Positions 1-8,560 of a DNA stretch of 64,000 nucleotides are shown here, piece by piece. A model generated the notes under the pieces. It was not told where the DNA came from. It was given only the letters and a program-made list of their open reading frames with translations, and did no database searches. Source of the stretch: Acidobacteriota bacterium (GTDB taxonomy: Bacteria; Acidobacteriota; Polarisedimenticolia; Polarisedimenticolales; DASRJG01); the NCBI GenBank assembly GCA_032124015.1, contig JAQBEH010000114.1, positions 936 to 64,935 on the forward strand, read 5' to 3'. Numbering within the stretch: the stretch's first letter is position 1; each line of letters starts with the position of its first letter. Both the position numbers and the translations under genes were made by a program.

Positions 1-94
1 AGTTCTCGCACTTGACCCAGAGCCCTTCGGGCATGACGAACTTCCGTTCGCCCGCCGGGAGCTTGGGGGTCTTTTCCTTCTTGAACCACGCCAT
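1..94 (-). CDS. accD: acetyl-CoA carboxylase carboxyltransferase beta subunit, N-terminal fragment running off the window
   Basis: Reverse translation from ATG at 94..92 gives MAWFKKEKTPKLPAGERKFVMPEGLWVKCEN, the conserved AccD N-terminus (PEGLW.KC precedes the zinc ribbon). Open-ended, so absent from the ORF track. Confidence 0.6.
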   Translation of the reverse strand, partial: MAWFKKEKTPKLPAGERKFVMPEGLWVKCEN

Positions 95-104
95 GACCGG
101 GAAC

Positions 105-1715
105 CTACCAGCGGCTTCCCGCGGGAGTCAAGGCGGCCGCCACGGGCTCGAAAACGCGCAGCTTTCCCGAGCGCCCGAGCTCCCGCAGGCGCAAGCGCAC
201 ATTCGCGGGAAGCCTGTCGTGGTCGCTGTCGGCGATCACGATAAGCGGCGCATCGCCGCGATCGAGGCGCTCCGCCAGCTGTTCGCCCACCAACCTTTGG
301 GGTACGCGATCGGCGTAGTAGGTCAAGCTCGGCAAGTTGATGTCGACGACCACGAGCGGGCGGACCGACCGGAGCGCGGGGACGGCGTCAACCAGCGGCG
401 CAGCACTGCGGGTCGCGGTGAGGACCGAAGGGGCGCCGACGACGACCGCGAGAAGAAACGTGAACGAGGCCACCGCTGCGGCCCCATAGACCAACCGCGG
501 CGAACTCTTGAGCATGCCGAAAAGTGCGACGAGGGCGGCTGCCCCGAACGCCACGGCACCGACATAGGCCGTCCCTCGGGCATCGCTCTCGAGCGAGATC
601 ACCGCTGCCACCCCGAGGCCGAAGGACAACGCGACGAGCGTAATGGCCACCATGCTCGAGCCCGCCCGCCGGCGTTTCGGATTAACGAGTTCTTGGCCCA
701 GCTCGAACGTGACGATGAGCGCGGCGAGCGGCGCCAGCGGAAGGATGTAGTTCGGCAGCTTCCCCTTGCCGAGAGAGAAAAAGACCAGCCCCGCGGTAAA
801 CGCAGCGGCCGCATACGGCCCCGTCGGCGAGTCGTGATCGTGCCAGCGCGTCAGCCCTCGAATCGTACCGAGGAAGAGCGGTCCCGCCCACGGGAGAAAC
901 GCGACGAGGCAAACACCGAGGAAGTACCACCAAGGCTCGACGTGCGCGGTCCCGCTGACCGCGCGGTCGATGGCTTCGGTGCGTAACAGGCGGACGACGT
1001 TTCCCACCCCGATCCGCTGGACGAAGACGAGTCCCCAAGGTAGGACCACCGCGGACAAGGCGAGAGCCGTCGTGACGACCGTCTTCAGCGAGGGCAAAAC
1101 GTCGCGTCCGGTCGCGGTGCGCCCCGCGAGAATCATGGCGAGCGGGAGAACCACGCCGACGGGTCCCTTCACCAGGAACGCCAGGCCCAACAAGAGCCCG
1201 ATCACCCCGGTGCGCTCGAGCTCCTGGTGATCGTGCTGCACGAGGTCGAGGGCCAAAACCGCCAGGATGTGGACCGACAGCAGCGCGTCCAACGTGCCGA
1301 CCCGGGCGATCAACACGACGATCGGGAACGTCAGGAAGATGACCGCGGACCACGCCGCGCCCTCGACGCCAAAGCGACGCCACCCGATCCACCCGACGAG
1401 AAGAAGTGACATGAGCGTCGCCGCCGCGGCGGGGAGTCGCGCCAGGAACTCGTTGGGGCCGCCGAACTGGAACAGCGCGGTCTGCACCCAATGCAACAGC
1501 GGCGGTTTGACCAGACGCGGCTCTCCTTCGAAGGTCGGCACGACGTAGTCGCCGCTGCGCATCATTTCGACCGAGGTGCGAGCGAAGCGGGCCTCGTCGG
1601 GGTCGAGGAACGGGTAGGCGCCGAGACGGACGAACAGCAAGAGCAGCGCCCCGGCGATCGCCGCGAGGATCGCCACCTTACCTCTTTCCTCCAACCGTCC
1701 CTCCGGCCGCGGCAC
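105..1715 (-). CDS. GT39/ArnT-like (PMT_2) membrane glycosyltransferase
   Basis: 536-aa polytopic ORF. N-terminal DPDEARFARTSVEMM...VVPTF.G.P...KPPLLHW motif is typical of ArnT/dolichyl-phosphate-mannose transferase family 39. GTG at 1715; an alternative GTG at 1676 follows a GGAGGAA. Confidence 0.75.
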   Translation of the reverse strand: MPRPEGRLEERGKVAILAAIAGALLLLFVRLGAYPFLDPDEARFARTSVEMMRSGDYVVPTFEGEPRLVKPPLLHWVQTALFQFGGPNEFLARLPAAAATLMSLLLVGWIGWRRFGVEGAAWSAVIFLTFPIVVLIARVGTLDALLSVHILAVLALDLVQHDHQELERTGVIGLLLGLAFLVKGPVGVVLPLAMILAGRTATGRDVLPSLKTVVTTALALSAVVLPWGLVFVQRIGVGNVVRLLRTEAIDRAVSGTAHVEPWWYFLGVCLVAFLPWAGPLFLGTIRGLTRWHDHDSPTGPYAAAAFTAGLVFFSLGKGKLPNYILPLAPLAALIVTFELGQELVNPKRRRAGSSMVAITLVALSFGLGVAAVISLESDARGTAYVGAVAFGAAALVALFGMLKSSPRLVYGAAAVASFTFLLAVVVGAPSVLTATRSAAPLVDAVPALRSVRPLVVVDINLPSLTYYADRVPQRLVGEQLAERLDRGDAPLIVIADSDHDRLPANVRLRLRELGRSGKLRVFEPVAAALTPAGSRW

Positions 1716-1758
1716 TCTCCTGCCGCGTTCAAGTCCGGGCTATGATAGCCCCCGGAAT

Positions 1759-3030
1759 TTGTTGGGCCCTCTCTTGACGAACGACCCGATCGCCTGGCTC
1801 TACGGCTTGCAGTCCCACGGCATCAAGCTGGGGCTTGAAGGCATCCGCACGCTGCTCGCGCTCCTCGATCATCCCGAGCGCGCCACGCCCTCGATGCTCG
1901 TGGGCGGCACGAACGGAAAGGGCTCGGTTGCGGCCATGCTCGACGCGATGCTCGGCGCTTCCGGCCATCGCACGGGCTTGTACACCTCGCCGCATCTCGT
2001 GCGGCCGAACGAGCGGATCCGGATCGCGGGCGAGGACATCACGGATGGGGAGTTCCATCGGGTGCTTGGGGTCGTTCGCGCCGCTTGCGAGCGCGGGCTG
2101 GCCGAGGGAAGACTCGAGGCCCATCCGTCATTTTTCGAGGTGATGACCGCCGCGGCGCTTTTCGCTTTCCACGACGCGAGGGTGGACGCGGCCGTGCTCG
2201 AAGTGGGCCTGGGCGGACGCCTCGACGCGACGAACGCGACCGAGCCCCTCGCCTCCGCGATCGTCACGGTCAGCCTCGATCACCTGGAAACGCTCGGGAC
2301 GACGCTCGAAGCGATCGCCCTCGAGAAGGCGGGCATCGTCCGTGCCGGGCGGCCGGTCGTTTCGGGCGTCGCGCAGCCTGCTATCGTCACCGTTTTGCGC
2401 GCGCGGTGCGATGCGATCGGCGCGACGTGGATCGATGCGCGCGCAGCCAGGCTCCCCTCCGGCGTCAGGCTCTCGCTCGATGGCACGCACCAGCGGGCCA
2501 ACGCTCGGGTGGCCGTCGCGGCGTTCGAGGCGTTCTCGCGCGAGCTCGGGCATGCGCCCGACCCTAGAGCGATGCGACATGGTCTCGAAACGGCGCGATG
2601 GCCAGGGCGATTGCAACTCATCGAAGGGGCTCCTTCGATCCTCCTCGACGGCGCGCACAACGTCGCCGGTGCCGAAGCGCTGGCCGCTCACCTGGCGCTT
2701 CGCGGCGGGCCGAAACCGGTACTGCTTCTTGCGGCCATGGCCGACAAGAACCTCCCTGGGATTCTCGGGCCGTTGGTCCCACACATTGCTTCGGTCGTGG
2801 CAACCCGGCCCGCCGTCGCTCGCGCCGCCGACTCCAAGGACGTCGCCGCCGCGGCCCGCGCGCTCGGGCTTCCCGCGGGGGCCGACCCCGACCCGGCCCG
2901 CGCCCTCGAAAAGGCGCGCGCCTTGGCCGGCCCGGGCGGCCTCGTGCTCGTCGCCGGGTCGCTCTACCTGGTCGGCGCCGTGACGGCGGTGCTCGAAGGG
3001 GGTGCGTCTCCCGGCCCGGTGTCGATGTGA
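1759..3030 (+). CDS. folC: dihydrofolate synthase / folylpolyglutamate synthase
   Basis: 423 aa. GGTNGKGS P-loop, YTSPHL motif and Mur-ligase layout. TTG start. Confidence 0.85.
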   Translation: MLGPLLTNDPIAWLYGLQSHGIKLGLEGIRTLLALLDHPERATPSMLVGGTNGKGSVAAMLDAMLGASGHRTGLYTSPHLVRPNERIRIAGEDITDGEFHRVLGVVRAACERGLAEGRLEAHPSFFEVMTAAALFAFHDARVDAAVLEVGLGGRLDATNATEPLASAIVTVSLDHLETLGTTLEAIALEKAGIVRAGRPVVSGVAQPAIVTVLRARCDAIGATWIDARAARLPSGVRLSLDGTHQRANARVAVAAFEAFSRELGHAPDPRAMRHGLETARWPGRLQLIEGAPSILLDGAHNVAGAEALAAHLALRGGPKPVLLLAAMADKNLPGILGPLVPHIASVVATRPAVARAADSKDVAAAARALGLPAGADPDPARALEKARALAGPGGLVLVAGSLYLVGAVTAVLEGGASPGPVSM

Positions 3031-3061
3031 GTGGCGACCCGGCCGTGCTAACAATGACGCC

Positions 3062-3685
3062 ATGACGATCCGGTTGCCCTCCGTGTCCCCCCTCAGGCTC
3101 GAGCCGGAGGTCGGCGTCGAACAGCTCGATTGGCGCCGGGTGTTCGGCCGGGAGGGGCCCGTCGAGGTCGAGGTCGGGATCGGCAAGGGTCGCTTCCTGC
3201 TCGCCTGCGCCTCCGCGCGGCCGGAGGTATTGCATTTCGGCATCGAGTGGTCGAACGAGTACCTGAGGCTGGTCGAAACGCGCGCCGAGCGCGCCAACCT
3301 CGACAACGTGCGCTTCGTCCGAGCGGATGCGAGCGACCTCGTGCGGCGCGCAATCCCCGAGGGGTCGGTATCGACCTACTACATCTTCTATCCCGACCCG
3401 TGGCCGAAGAAGCGCCATCACAAAAGGCGCTTCTTACAGGCCGCCAACGTGGACGCGCTGGCTAAGACGCTGGTCCCTTCGGGATGGCTCCACGTCGCCA
3501 CCGACCACGACGACTACTGGAGCGTGATTGAGCCCCTCCTCGACGCCCACCTCGCGTTCGCCAGGCAGCCGGTGTTCGGGGGGCCGGAGTTCCCGCTCCC
3601 GGTCGACGGCGCACTGACCAACTTCGAGGCCAAGTACGAGGTCGAGGGGCGTAGCCGCCATCGTGGCTCGTGGCGGCGCCGCTAG
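3062..3685 (+). CDS. trmB: tRNA (guanine46-N7)-methyltransferase
   Basis: Contains VEVGIGKGRF, FGIE and YIFYPDPWPKKRHHKRR, the TrmB signature. ATG at 3062 chosen inside the longer track ORF 3002..3685. Confidence 0.85.
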   Translation: MTIRLPSVSPLRLEPEVGVEQLDWRRVFGREGPVEVEVGIGKGRFLLACASARPEVLHFGIEWSNEYLRLVETRAERANLDNVRFVRADASDLVRRAIPEGSVSTYYIFYPDPWPKKRHHKRRFLQAANVDALAKTLVPSGWLHVATDHDDYWSVIEPLLDAHLAFARQPVFGGPEFPLPVDGALTNFEAKYEVEGRSRHRGSWRRR

Positions 3686-3754
3686 ACGTTCCGTACGGCG
3701 GCATGTACACTTCGGGCCGCTTTGCCGCGTTCGGGTCGGCCGTTTCGATCGCAC

Positions 3755-3830
3755 AGGAGAGTAGCTCAATTGGCAGAGCACCGGTCTCCAAAACCGGGGG
3801 TTGCAGGTTCGATTCCTGTCTCTCCTGCCA
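3755..3830 (+). tRNA. trnW: tRNA-Trp (anticodon CCA), CCA end encoded
   Basis: Hand-folded cloverleaf. Acceptor AGGAGAG/CTCTCCT, D-stem GCTC/GAGC, anticodon stem CCGGT/ACCGG with loop CTCCAAA, T-arm GCAGG-TTCGATT-CCTGT, discriminator G then CCA. Confidence 0.9.
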
Positions 3831-3832
3831 CA

Positions 3833-4396
3833 GTCGCCTCGACCGCAGCGAACGTCAAGATCATCCTCACCGGCCACCCCGGCTCGGGGAAGACGACCAC
3901 GGTGCGCGGAATCGTCCTACGCCTGCGCGGCCGCGTCCCGATGACCGGGTTCGTCACCGAAGAGCTTCGCGAGGACGGCCACCGCGTCGGGTTCCAGGGC
4001 GTCACGCTCGACGGCCGGTCGTTCCCGCTTGCGCACGTGCGCACCAAGGGGCCACTACGCATCGGGCCGTACGGCGTCGACCTTACAGGGCTCGAGTCGA
4101 TCGGCCTCGACGCGCTGACGCCGCGCGAGCCGGGCGTCCTCGTCGTGCTCGACGAGATCGGGAAGATGGAATGCCTCTCCGAGGTGTTCAAAACACGGGT
4201 CGCGCAACTCCTGGAAGACGACACGTCGCTGATCGCCACCGTCCCCGCGGTCGGAGTGGGTCTCGTCAGGAGGGTCAGAAACTCCCTTCGCGCGAAGCAC
4301 TTCACGATGACGCGCGGCGAGACCGAGGGCATGGCCGGTGAGATCGCCCGCGTCGTGTCAGGGGCGATGCGGGTGGACACGAGGAGGATGTCATGA
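3833..4396 (+). CDS. THEP1-type P-loop nucleoside triphosphatase (NTPase_1 family); 5-prime boundary unresolved
   Basis: KIILTGHPGSGKTT Walker A right at the N-terminus and VVLDEIGKME Walker B. The in-frame ORF runs back into the tRNA, and there is no ATG/GTG/TTG between the tRNA 3-prime end and the Walker A motif. Confidence 0.7.
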   Translation, partial: VASTAANVKIILTGHPGSGKTTTVRGIVLRLRGRVPMTGFVTEELREDGHRVGFQGVTLDGRSFPLAHVRTKGPLRIGPYGVDLTGLESIGLDALTPREPGVLVVLDEIGKMECLSEVFKTRVAQLLEDDTSLIATVPAVGVGLVRRVRNSLRAKHFTMTRGETEGMAGEIARVVSGAMRVDTRRMS

Positions 4397-4611
4397 GCGG
4401 CGATTCCGACGACGTGGCTACACTGATTGCCGACGTGCGCCACGAAACGAACAACTCGCTGACGGCGATCCTTGCTTACCTCGAGATTCTGCTCGGGCGC
4501 GGCGACCTCCCGGAGGCCGCTGTGTCGAAACTGAAGGGCGTCGAAGCCGAGGCCTACAAGATCCGCGACCAGATCGCCCGAACCTCGTTCATCCGCCGGC
4601 CCGGCGCCTAG
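4393..4611 (+). CDS. 72-aa stand-alone histidine-kinase DHp (HisKA-like) helical hairpin protein
   Basis: H-box-like VRHETNNSLTAILAYLEILL (compare AHEIRNPLGAIGG in the kinase at 56703..57842), followed by a loop and a second helix. GAGGAGGA lies 5 nt upstream. ATGA overlap with the NTPase stop. Confidence 0.55.
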   Translation: MSGDSDDVATLIADVRHETNNSLTAILAYLEILLGRGDLPEAAVSKLKGVEAEAYKIRDQIARTSFIRRPGA

Positions 4612-6476
4612 CGCGCGCGCCCGGCGAGCGTGGCGTAGGTTTCCCGCGCGCGGGGGCTTTCGGGATCGAAACGAATCGCCTCCCCGGCTTCGGCCATCGC
4701 TTCTTCATGACGATCGAGGGCGGACAGCATCATCGCGGCGTTTTCATGCATCGACGCATTCCAAGGCTCGCGCTCGAGCGCCTTTTTGTAGAGGTCGAGC
4801 GCTCCGTTGAAATCGCCGCGCTCCGCGCGGCATCGCGCCAACTCCGCGAGCGGCGCCGCGGATTCGGGGTGATCGCGGATCATCGCCTCGAAGATGCGTT
4901 CCGCGCCTTCCGTTCGCTTCTGCCTCAGGAGCGATTGACCGTGGGCAAACGCCGCGTCGTGCGACGACGGTTCTTTTGCGTAGGCCGAGGCGAAGGCCTC
5001 CGCGGCGTCCCGATGCTTCCCCTGAGCCTGGAGGGCCTTGCCGAGGAAGAACCACCCGTCCGGGTTCGTAAAGCCCAGCCCGATCGCCTCCCGGAACGCG
5101 CGCTCGGCCTCGGGCCACATCGAGCGCTGCTCTTGCGGCGGAACCGCGTGGGCGCGCAGCGAAATCGCGCGGCCGGTGTAAAACGCGCGGTCGGCCCGTG
5201 GCAACGCCGCAAGCTCGCCGGGGAGGTACGGCTCCACGTCGAAGGTCGAGCGCGGCCGTGACGGTTCGTCGATGCGCTTGCGGATCCAGTGGTCGGTGAA
5301 CTCCGCATGGCGATGGTCGCTGGGTTCCCCCTTCCGCATGTGGCAGCGGACGCAATCGTCGGGAGGCGAGGTCGCCCCCCGGGCGTCGGGCGGAGCCGTG
5401 CACGCCTCTTTCGCGTGACAGCCCAGGCATTTCGACGTGAAGAAATCCGGCGGGCGGTCCTTGCGATAGACGGTCAGGTGCGGGTTGTGACAGGTGACGC
5501 ACTCGAGGCGTCCTTGGCTTTCGACGAAGCACGGCGAGAGGAGCAGGCGATCGACCTGAGCGGAGAGACCGTAGTCGTGCGGGGTCGTCTCGGAGAAGCG
5601 GTACGGGACCATGGCGGCGGCGATCGGGCGGCCGGGGCGCCACTCCTCGAGCGTCGCGTCGTAGCGCGCAACGCGCTCGGTCGACTTCGAGTCGCCGAGA
5701 TGACATTGGAAGCAGATCTCCATCCGCAGCTTTTCCGTGAGTCGCTTGGGATTGACGATCGCGGGGTCGCCCTGTCCGGTCGGTGTTTCTCCTTCCGCCC
5801 ACCGGTCGACGTGAAGCCGGCCGGGACCGTGGCAACGCTCGCAGTCGATGCCGTTCGGGATGGGCGGAACGTAGGCGTTGCGAGCGCCGGGCTGTCGCTC
5901 CATGCGCGCGTTGTGACAAAACACGCAGGTGCGATCGATCTCGCGCGAGAAGTAGTCGTTGTTCTGCTCGTAGCCCGGGCACAGATCCCAAAGCGCGTCT
6001 TTCGTGTACCAGCACATGGGGGCCTGGAAGAGTTTGTCCCCGACGGACACGAGATACGCGCGGCTGTGGTTGCCTGAACCCACGACCCGGATGAGTTCGC
6101 GCTCGTCGACGGCGGTCTCTGCACCTTTCGGATCGACGAGCGATTGCCGCATGAAGAACTTCCCGTCACGGCGGAACATCTGGTAGCGAAGGCCGGTCGC
6201 CTTCACGTCGAACGTGTTGCGGGCCGTCCAGTCCTCTATGACCCGGTCGGCCGTGAGCGGATACCAGGACCGGCCCATCCCCGTGTGCGAGAAGGTCGAC
6301 CACGTTTCGGCGTGACAGGGGCGGCAGGTCTCGCCGCCAACGTAGGCGACGCCGGAGGCCTGGTTCAGGAAGGGCGCTTCGGTGTGCGGCACCTGCGTAG
6401 GCTCTCGTTCCGATTGGCCGCCGCAGGCCACGAGCGTGGCGAGCGCGAACACTCCGGCAAGGCGCTTCACGCCCAA
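4608..6476 (-). CDS. multihaem c-type cytochrome lipoprotein with C-terminal TPR repeats
   Basis: Lipobox LVAC. Seven CxxCH motifs: CRPCH, CVFCH, CERCH, CFQCH, CVTCH, CLGCH, CVRCH. The C-terminal third is TPR-like (repeated A..A...A..P pattern). Confidence 0.85.
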   Translation of the reverse strand: MGVKRLAGVFALATLVACGGQSEREPTQVPHTEAPFLNQASGVAYVGGETCRPCHAETWSTFSHTGMGRSWYPLTADRVIEDWTARNTFDVKATGLRYQMFRRDGKFFMRQSLVDPKGAETAVDERELIRVVGSGNHSRAYLVSVGDKLFQAPMCWYTKDALWDLCPGYEQNNDYFSREIDRTCVFCHNARMERQPGARNAYVPPIPNGIDCERCHGPGRLHVDRWAEGETPTGQGDPAIVNPKRLTEKLRMEICFQCHLGDSKSTERVARYDATLEEWRPGRPIAAAMVPYRFSETTPHDYGLSAQVDRLLLSPCFVESQGRLECVTCHNPHLTVYRKDRPPDFFTSKCLGCHAKEACTAPPDARGATSPPDDCVRCHMRKGEPSDHRHAEFTDHWIRKRIDEPSRPRSTFDVEPYLPGELAALPRADRAFYTGRAISLRAHAVPPQEQRSMWPEAERAFREAIGLGFTNPDGWFFLGKALQAQGKHRDAAEAFASAYAKEPSSHDAAFAHGQSLLRQKRTEGAERIFEAMIRDHPESAAPLAELARCRAERGDFNGALDLYKKALEREPWNASMHENAAMMLSALDRHEEAMAEAGEAIRFDPESPRARETYATLAGRAR

Positions 6477-7270
6477 GCGCGCCTCTGGAGCAGCTCACGA
6501 ACGAGATCGGGATCGGCGGCGTAGGCAATCGGTGGTCGGGTGTCGTCCTCGATCGGCGCGATCGCGAGCGGTAGCCCCGAGGTGAGCCGGTTGTAGGTCA
6601 GGGCCAGAAGCGGCTTCAGGTTGACGACGTCCTCGAGGCAGTAGCGCAGCAACGTGTCGAGCGCGGTGGCCGTCCCCTCGCGATGCGCTCGCCAGAGCAA
6701 GACGGCCATGAACCCGTCGACCCCGACGAGCGCGTCGGGCCGGCCGATCCCGAGCTGCCTTTCCGCCCCCTTGAGCCCGCCCTTCACGCCGAGCCGGTGC
6801 AGCGGGAAGCGCAGGTCGATGTGGTGGAAGCGATCGAAGTCGACGCCGGGAAAGGCGCTCTTCAGGACGGGAAGATCGAACAGCGACCCGTTGTAGGTGA
6901 CCAGCAGCTCGACACCTTCGAGGGCCTCGGGAAACTGCGCCAGGTCCAGACCGCGCACGAACGCGCGCGTCGTCGTTCCATCCGACACGCCGACGCAGGT
7001 CACCGAATCCCCTTCGAACGACAGCCCCGTCGTCTCGATGTCGAGGTACAGCGTGCGTCCCGGGAACTGGTTGGCGAGCCGCCACGCCTCTCGCCTCGGG
7101 AGCTCGCGCGCCGCCCTCGCGTCGTCCAAGTAACCGAGGATGAGCTCCCGCCAAGCCCCAGCGGGGTGGCCGCGGCGAAAGGCCTCCCAGTCGGTGAATC
7201 CGCGCAGCCACAGGTCACGCTCGCGCTTTTCGCCCACGCCGGGCACATGCAGATAAGTGTGACGGAGCAT
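6467..7270 (-). CDS. YprB-like RNase H-fold predicted exonuclease
   Basis: 267 aa. N-terminal HhH-like VPGVGEKRERDLW, then LYLDIETTGL ... TYNG..FDLP, typical of the RNase_H_2/YprB family. Confidence 0.7.
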   Translation of the reverse strand: MLRHTYLHVPGVGEKRERDLWLRGFTDWEAFRRGHPAGAWRELILGYLDDARAARELPRREAWRLANQFPGRTLYLDIETTGLSFEGDSVTCVGVSDGTTTRAFVRGLDLAQFPEALEGVELLVTYNGSLFDLPVLKSAFPGVDFDRFHHIDLRFPLHRLGVKGGLKGAERQLGIGRPDALVGVDGFMAVLLWRAHREGTATALDTLLRYCLEDVVNLKPLLALTYNRLTSGLPLAIAPIEDDTRPPIAYAADPDLVRELLQRRAWA

Positions 7271-7330
7271 GTCCGGATTCTATCTGGAACCGTTCTCCCC
7301 CCCTGCTAAACTCCTCGATTGGAGGATCTC

Positions 7331-8536
7331 ATGCGCTTCAACAAGAGCTTCGTCCCCTACGGCGCCTACTGGAGTACCCCCTTTTGCAAGTGGCAGGGCT
7401 CTCTGTCGCACCTGAACGCGATCGCCCTGGCCGCGGACACCACGAAAAACAGTCTGGCGGACCGCAAGATCGCCACCGGCTCGATCGAGGCGATCGCCCT
7501 CGGGATGACGATCCTGCAAAAGCACCAGCTATACGGCGGGCCGTGGTTCGCCGCGATGATCGGCGCCGAAGCGATCACGGGGCCGACGATCTCGCAGGCG
7601 TGCGCGACCGGCGCCCGCACGCTCGCGACAGCCGCCGCGGAGGTCGACGCCTCGGGCGAGCACACCGTGCTCGCGGTGACGGCCGACCGGTGCAGCAACG
7701 GCGCGCACGTCTACTACCCGAACCCGCTGGGTCCGGGCGGCATGGGCGACAAGGAAGACATCGTCATGGACTCGTTCGGTCACGATCCGTGGGCGAAAAA
7801 TTCCATGATCCAAACCGCCGAAAACGTGGCAGCCGAACAGGGCATCACGCGCGAGCAACAGGACGAGTGCACGCTCGTCCGGTACCAGCAGTACCAGCAG
7901 GCGTTGGCGTCGGACGGCGCGTTCCAGAAGCGCTACATGATTCTCCCTTTCGAGGTGAAGGACGCGTCGGGTCGGAAGACCGTGGCCACCGTGGCGAATG
8001 ACGAAGGGGTCTTCACGACCACGAAAGACGGCTTGGCGGCGTTGAGGCCCGTGATGCCCAACGGCACCGTCACGTTCGGCAGCCAGACCCATCCTGCCGA
8101 CGGCAATTGCGGAATGATCGTCACCTCGCGCGATCGCGCGAAGGCGATGTCGAAGGACGCGTCGGTCGAGGTACAGCTTTGCTCCTACGGCCAGGGACGG
8201 GCTAAGAAGGGGTTCATGGCGATGGCGACGGTGCCCGCGGCGAAATCGGCGCTCGAGGCGGCGGGGATCGGTCTCAAAGACGTCAAGGCGATCAAGACGC
8301 ACAACCCGTTCGCGGTGAACGACGTCTACCTCGCCAAGGCGCTCGACCTGAAGCTCGACGGCTTCAACAACTACGGCTCGTCGCTCGTCTACGGCCACCC
8401 GCAAGGCCCGACCGGGATGCGCCTCATCATCGAATTGATCGAGGAGCTACACATCCTGGGCGGCGGCTACGGCCTGTTCGTCGGCTGCGCCGCCGGCGAC
8501 ACCGCCGGCGCCTGCGTAGTCAAGGTGGGTCGCTGA
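7331..8536 (+). CDS. thiolase-family acetyl-CoA acyltransferase-like protein
   Basis: Active-site-like SQACATG and C-terminal GHPQGPTG and GCAAGDTAG. ATG 7331 is preceded by GGAGGA (the track start 7319 is TTG inside the RBS). Confidence 0.8.
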   Translation: MRFNKSFVPYGAYWSTPFCKWQGSLSHLNAIALAADTTKNSLADRKIATGSIEAIALGMTILQKHQLYGGPWFAAMIGAEAITGPTISQACATGARTLATAAAEVDASGEHTVLAVTADRCSNGAHVYYPNPLGPGGMGDKEDIVMDSFGHDPWAKNSMIQTAENVAAEQGITREQQDECTLVRYQQYQQALASDGAFQKRYMILPFEVKDASGRKTVATVANDEGVFTTTKDGLAALRPVMPNGTVTFGSQTHPADGNCGMIVTSRDRAKAMSKDASVEVQLCSYGQGRAKKGFMAMATVPAAKSALEAAGIGLKDVKAIKTHNPFAVNDVYLAKALDLKLDGFNNYGSSLVYGHPQGPTGMRLIIELIEELHILGGGYGLFVGCAAGDTAGACVVKVGR

Positions 8537-8537
8537 C

Positions 8538-8560
8538 GAATAGGGGAGTGTCCCCTTTTA
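8538..8560. repeat. REP-like palindromic element (GGGGACAC family) at a convergent gene junction
   Basis: GAATAGGGGAGTGTCCCCTTTTA. The minus strand reads AGGGGACACTCCCCTA. Lies between the thiolase stop and the ADH stop (TAA inside the element). Confidence 0.6.

Noticed and set aside
12-986. 324-aa plus-strand ORF, and similar ORFs at 682..1491 and 323..583
   Set aside because: Antisense or out of frame to the well-supported ArnT-like gene. Extreme Arg/Gly/Pro/Asp composition is typical of shadow ORFs in high-GC DNA.
3755-3830. tRNA-Trp as the attachment site of a genomic island
   Set aside because: No integrase was seen, nor a repeated copy of the tRNA 3-prime end or a GC shift downstream. 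The flanking genes look native.
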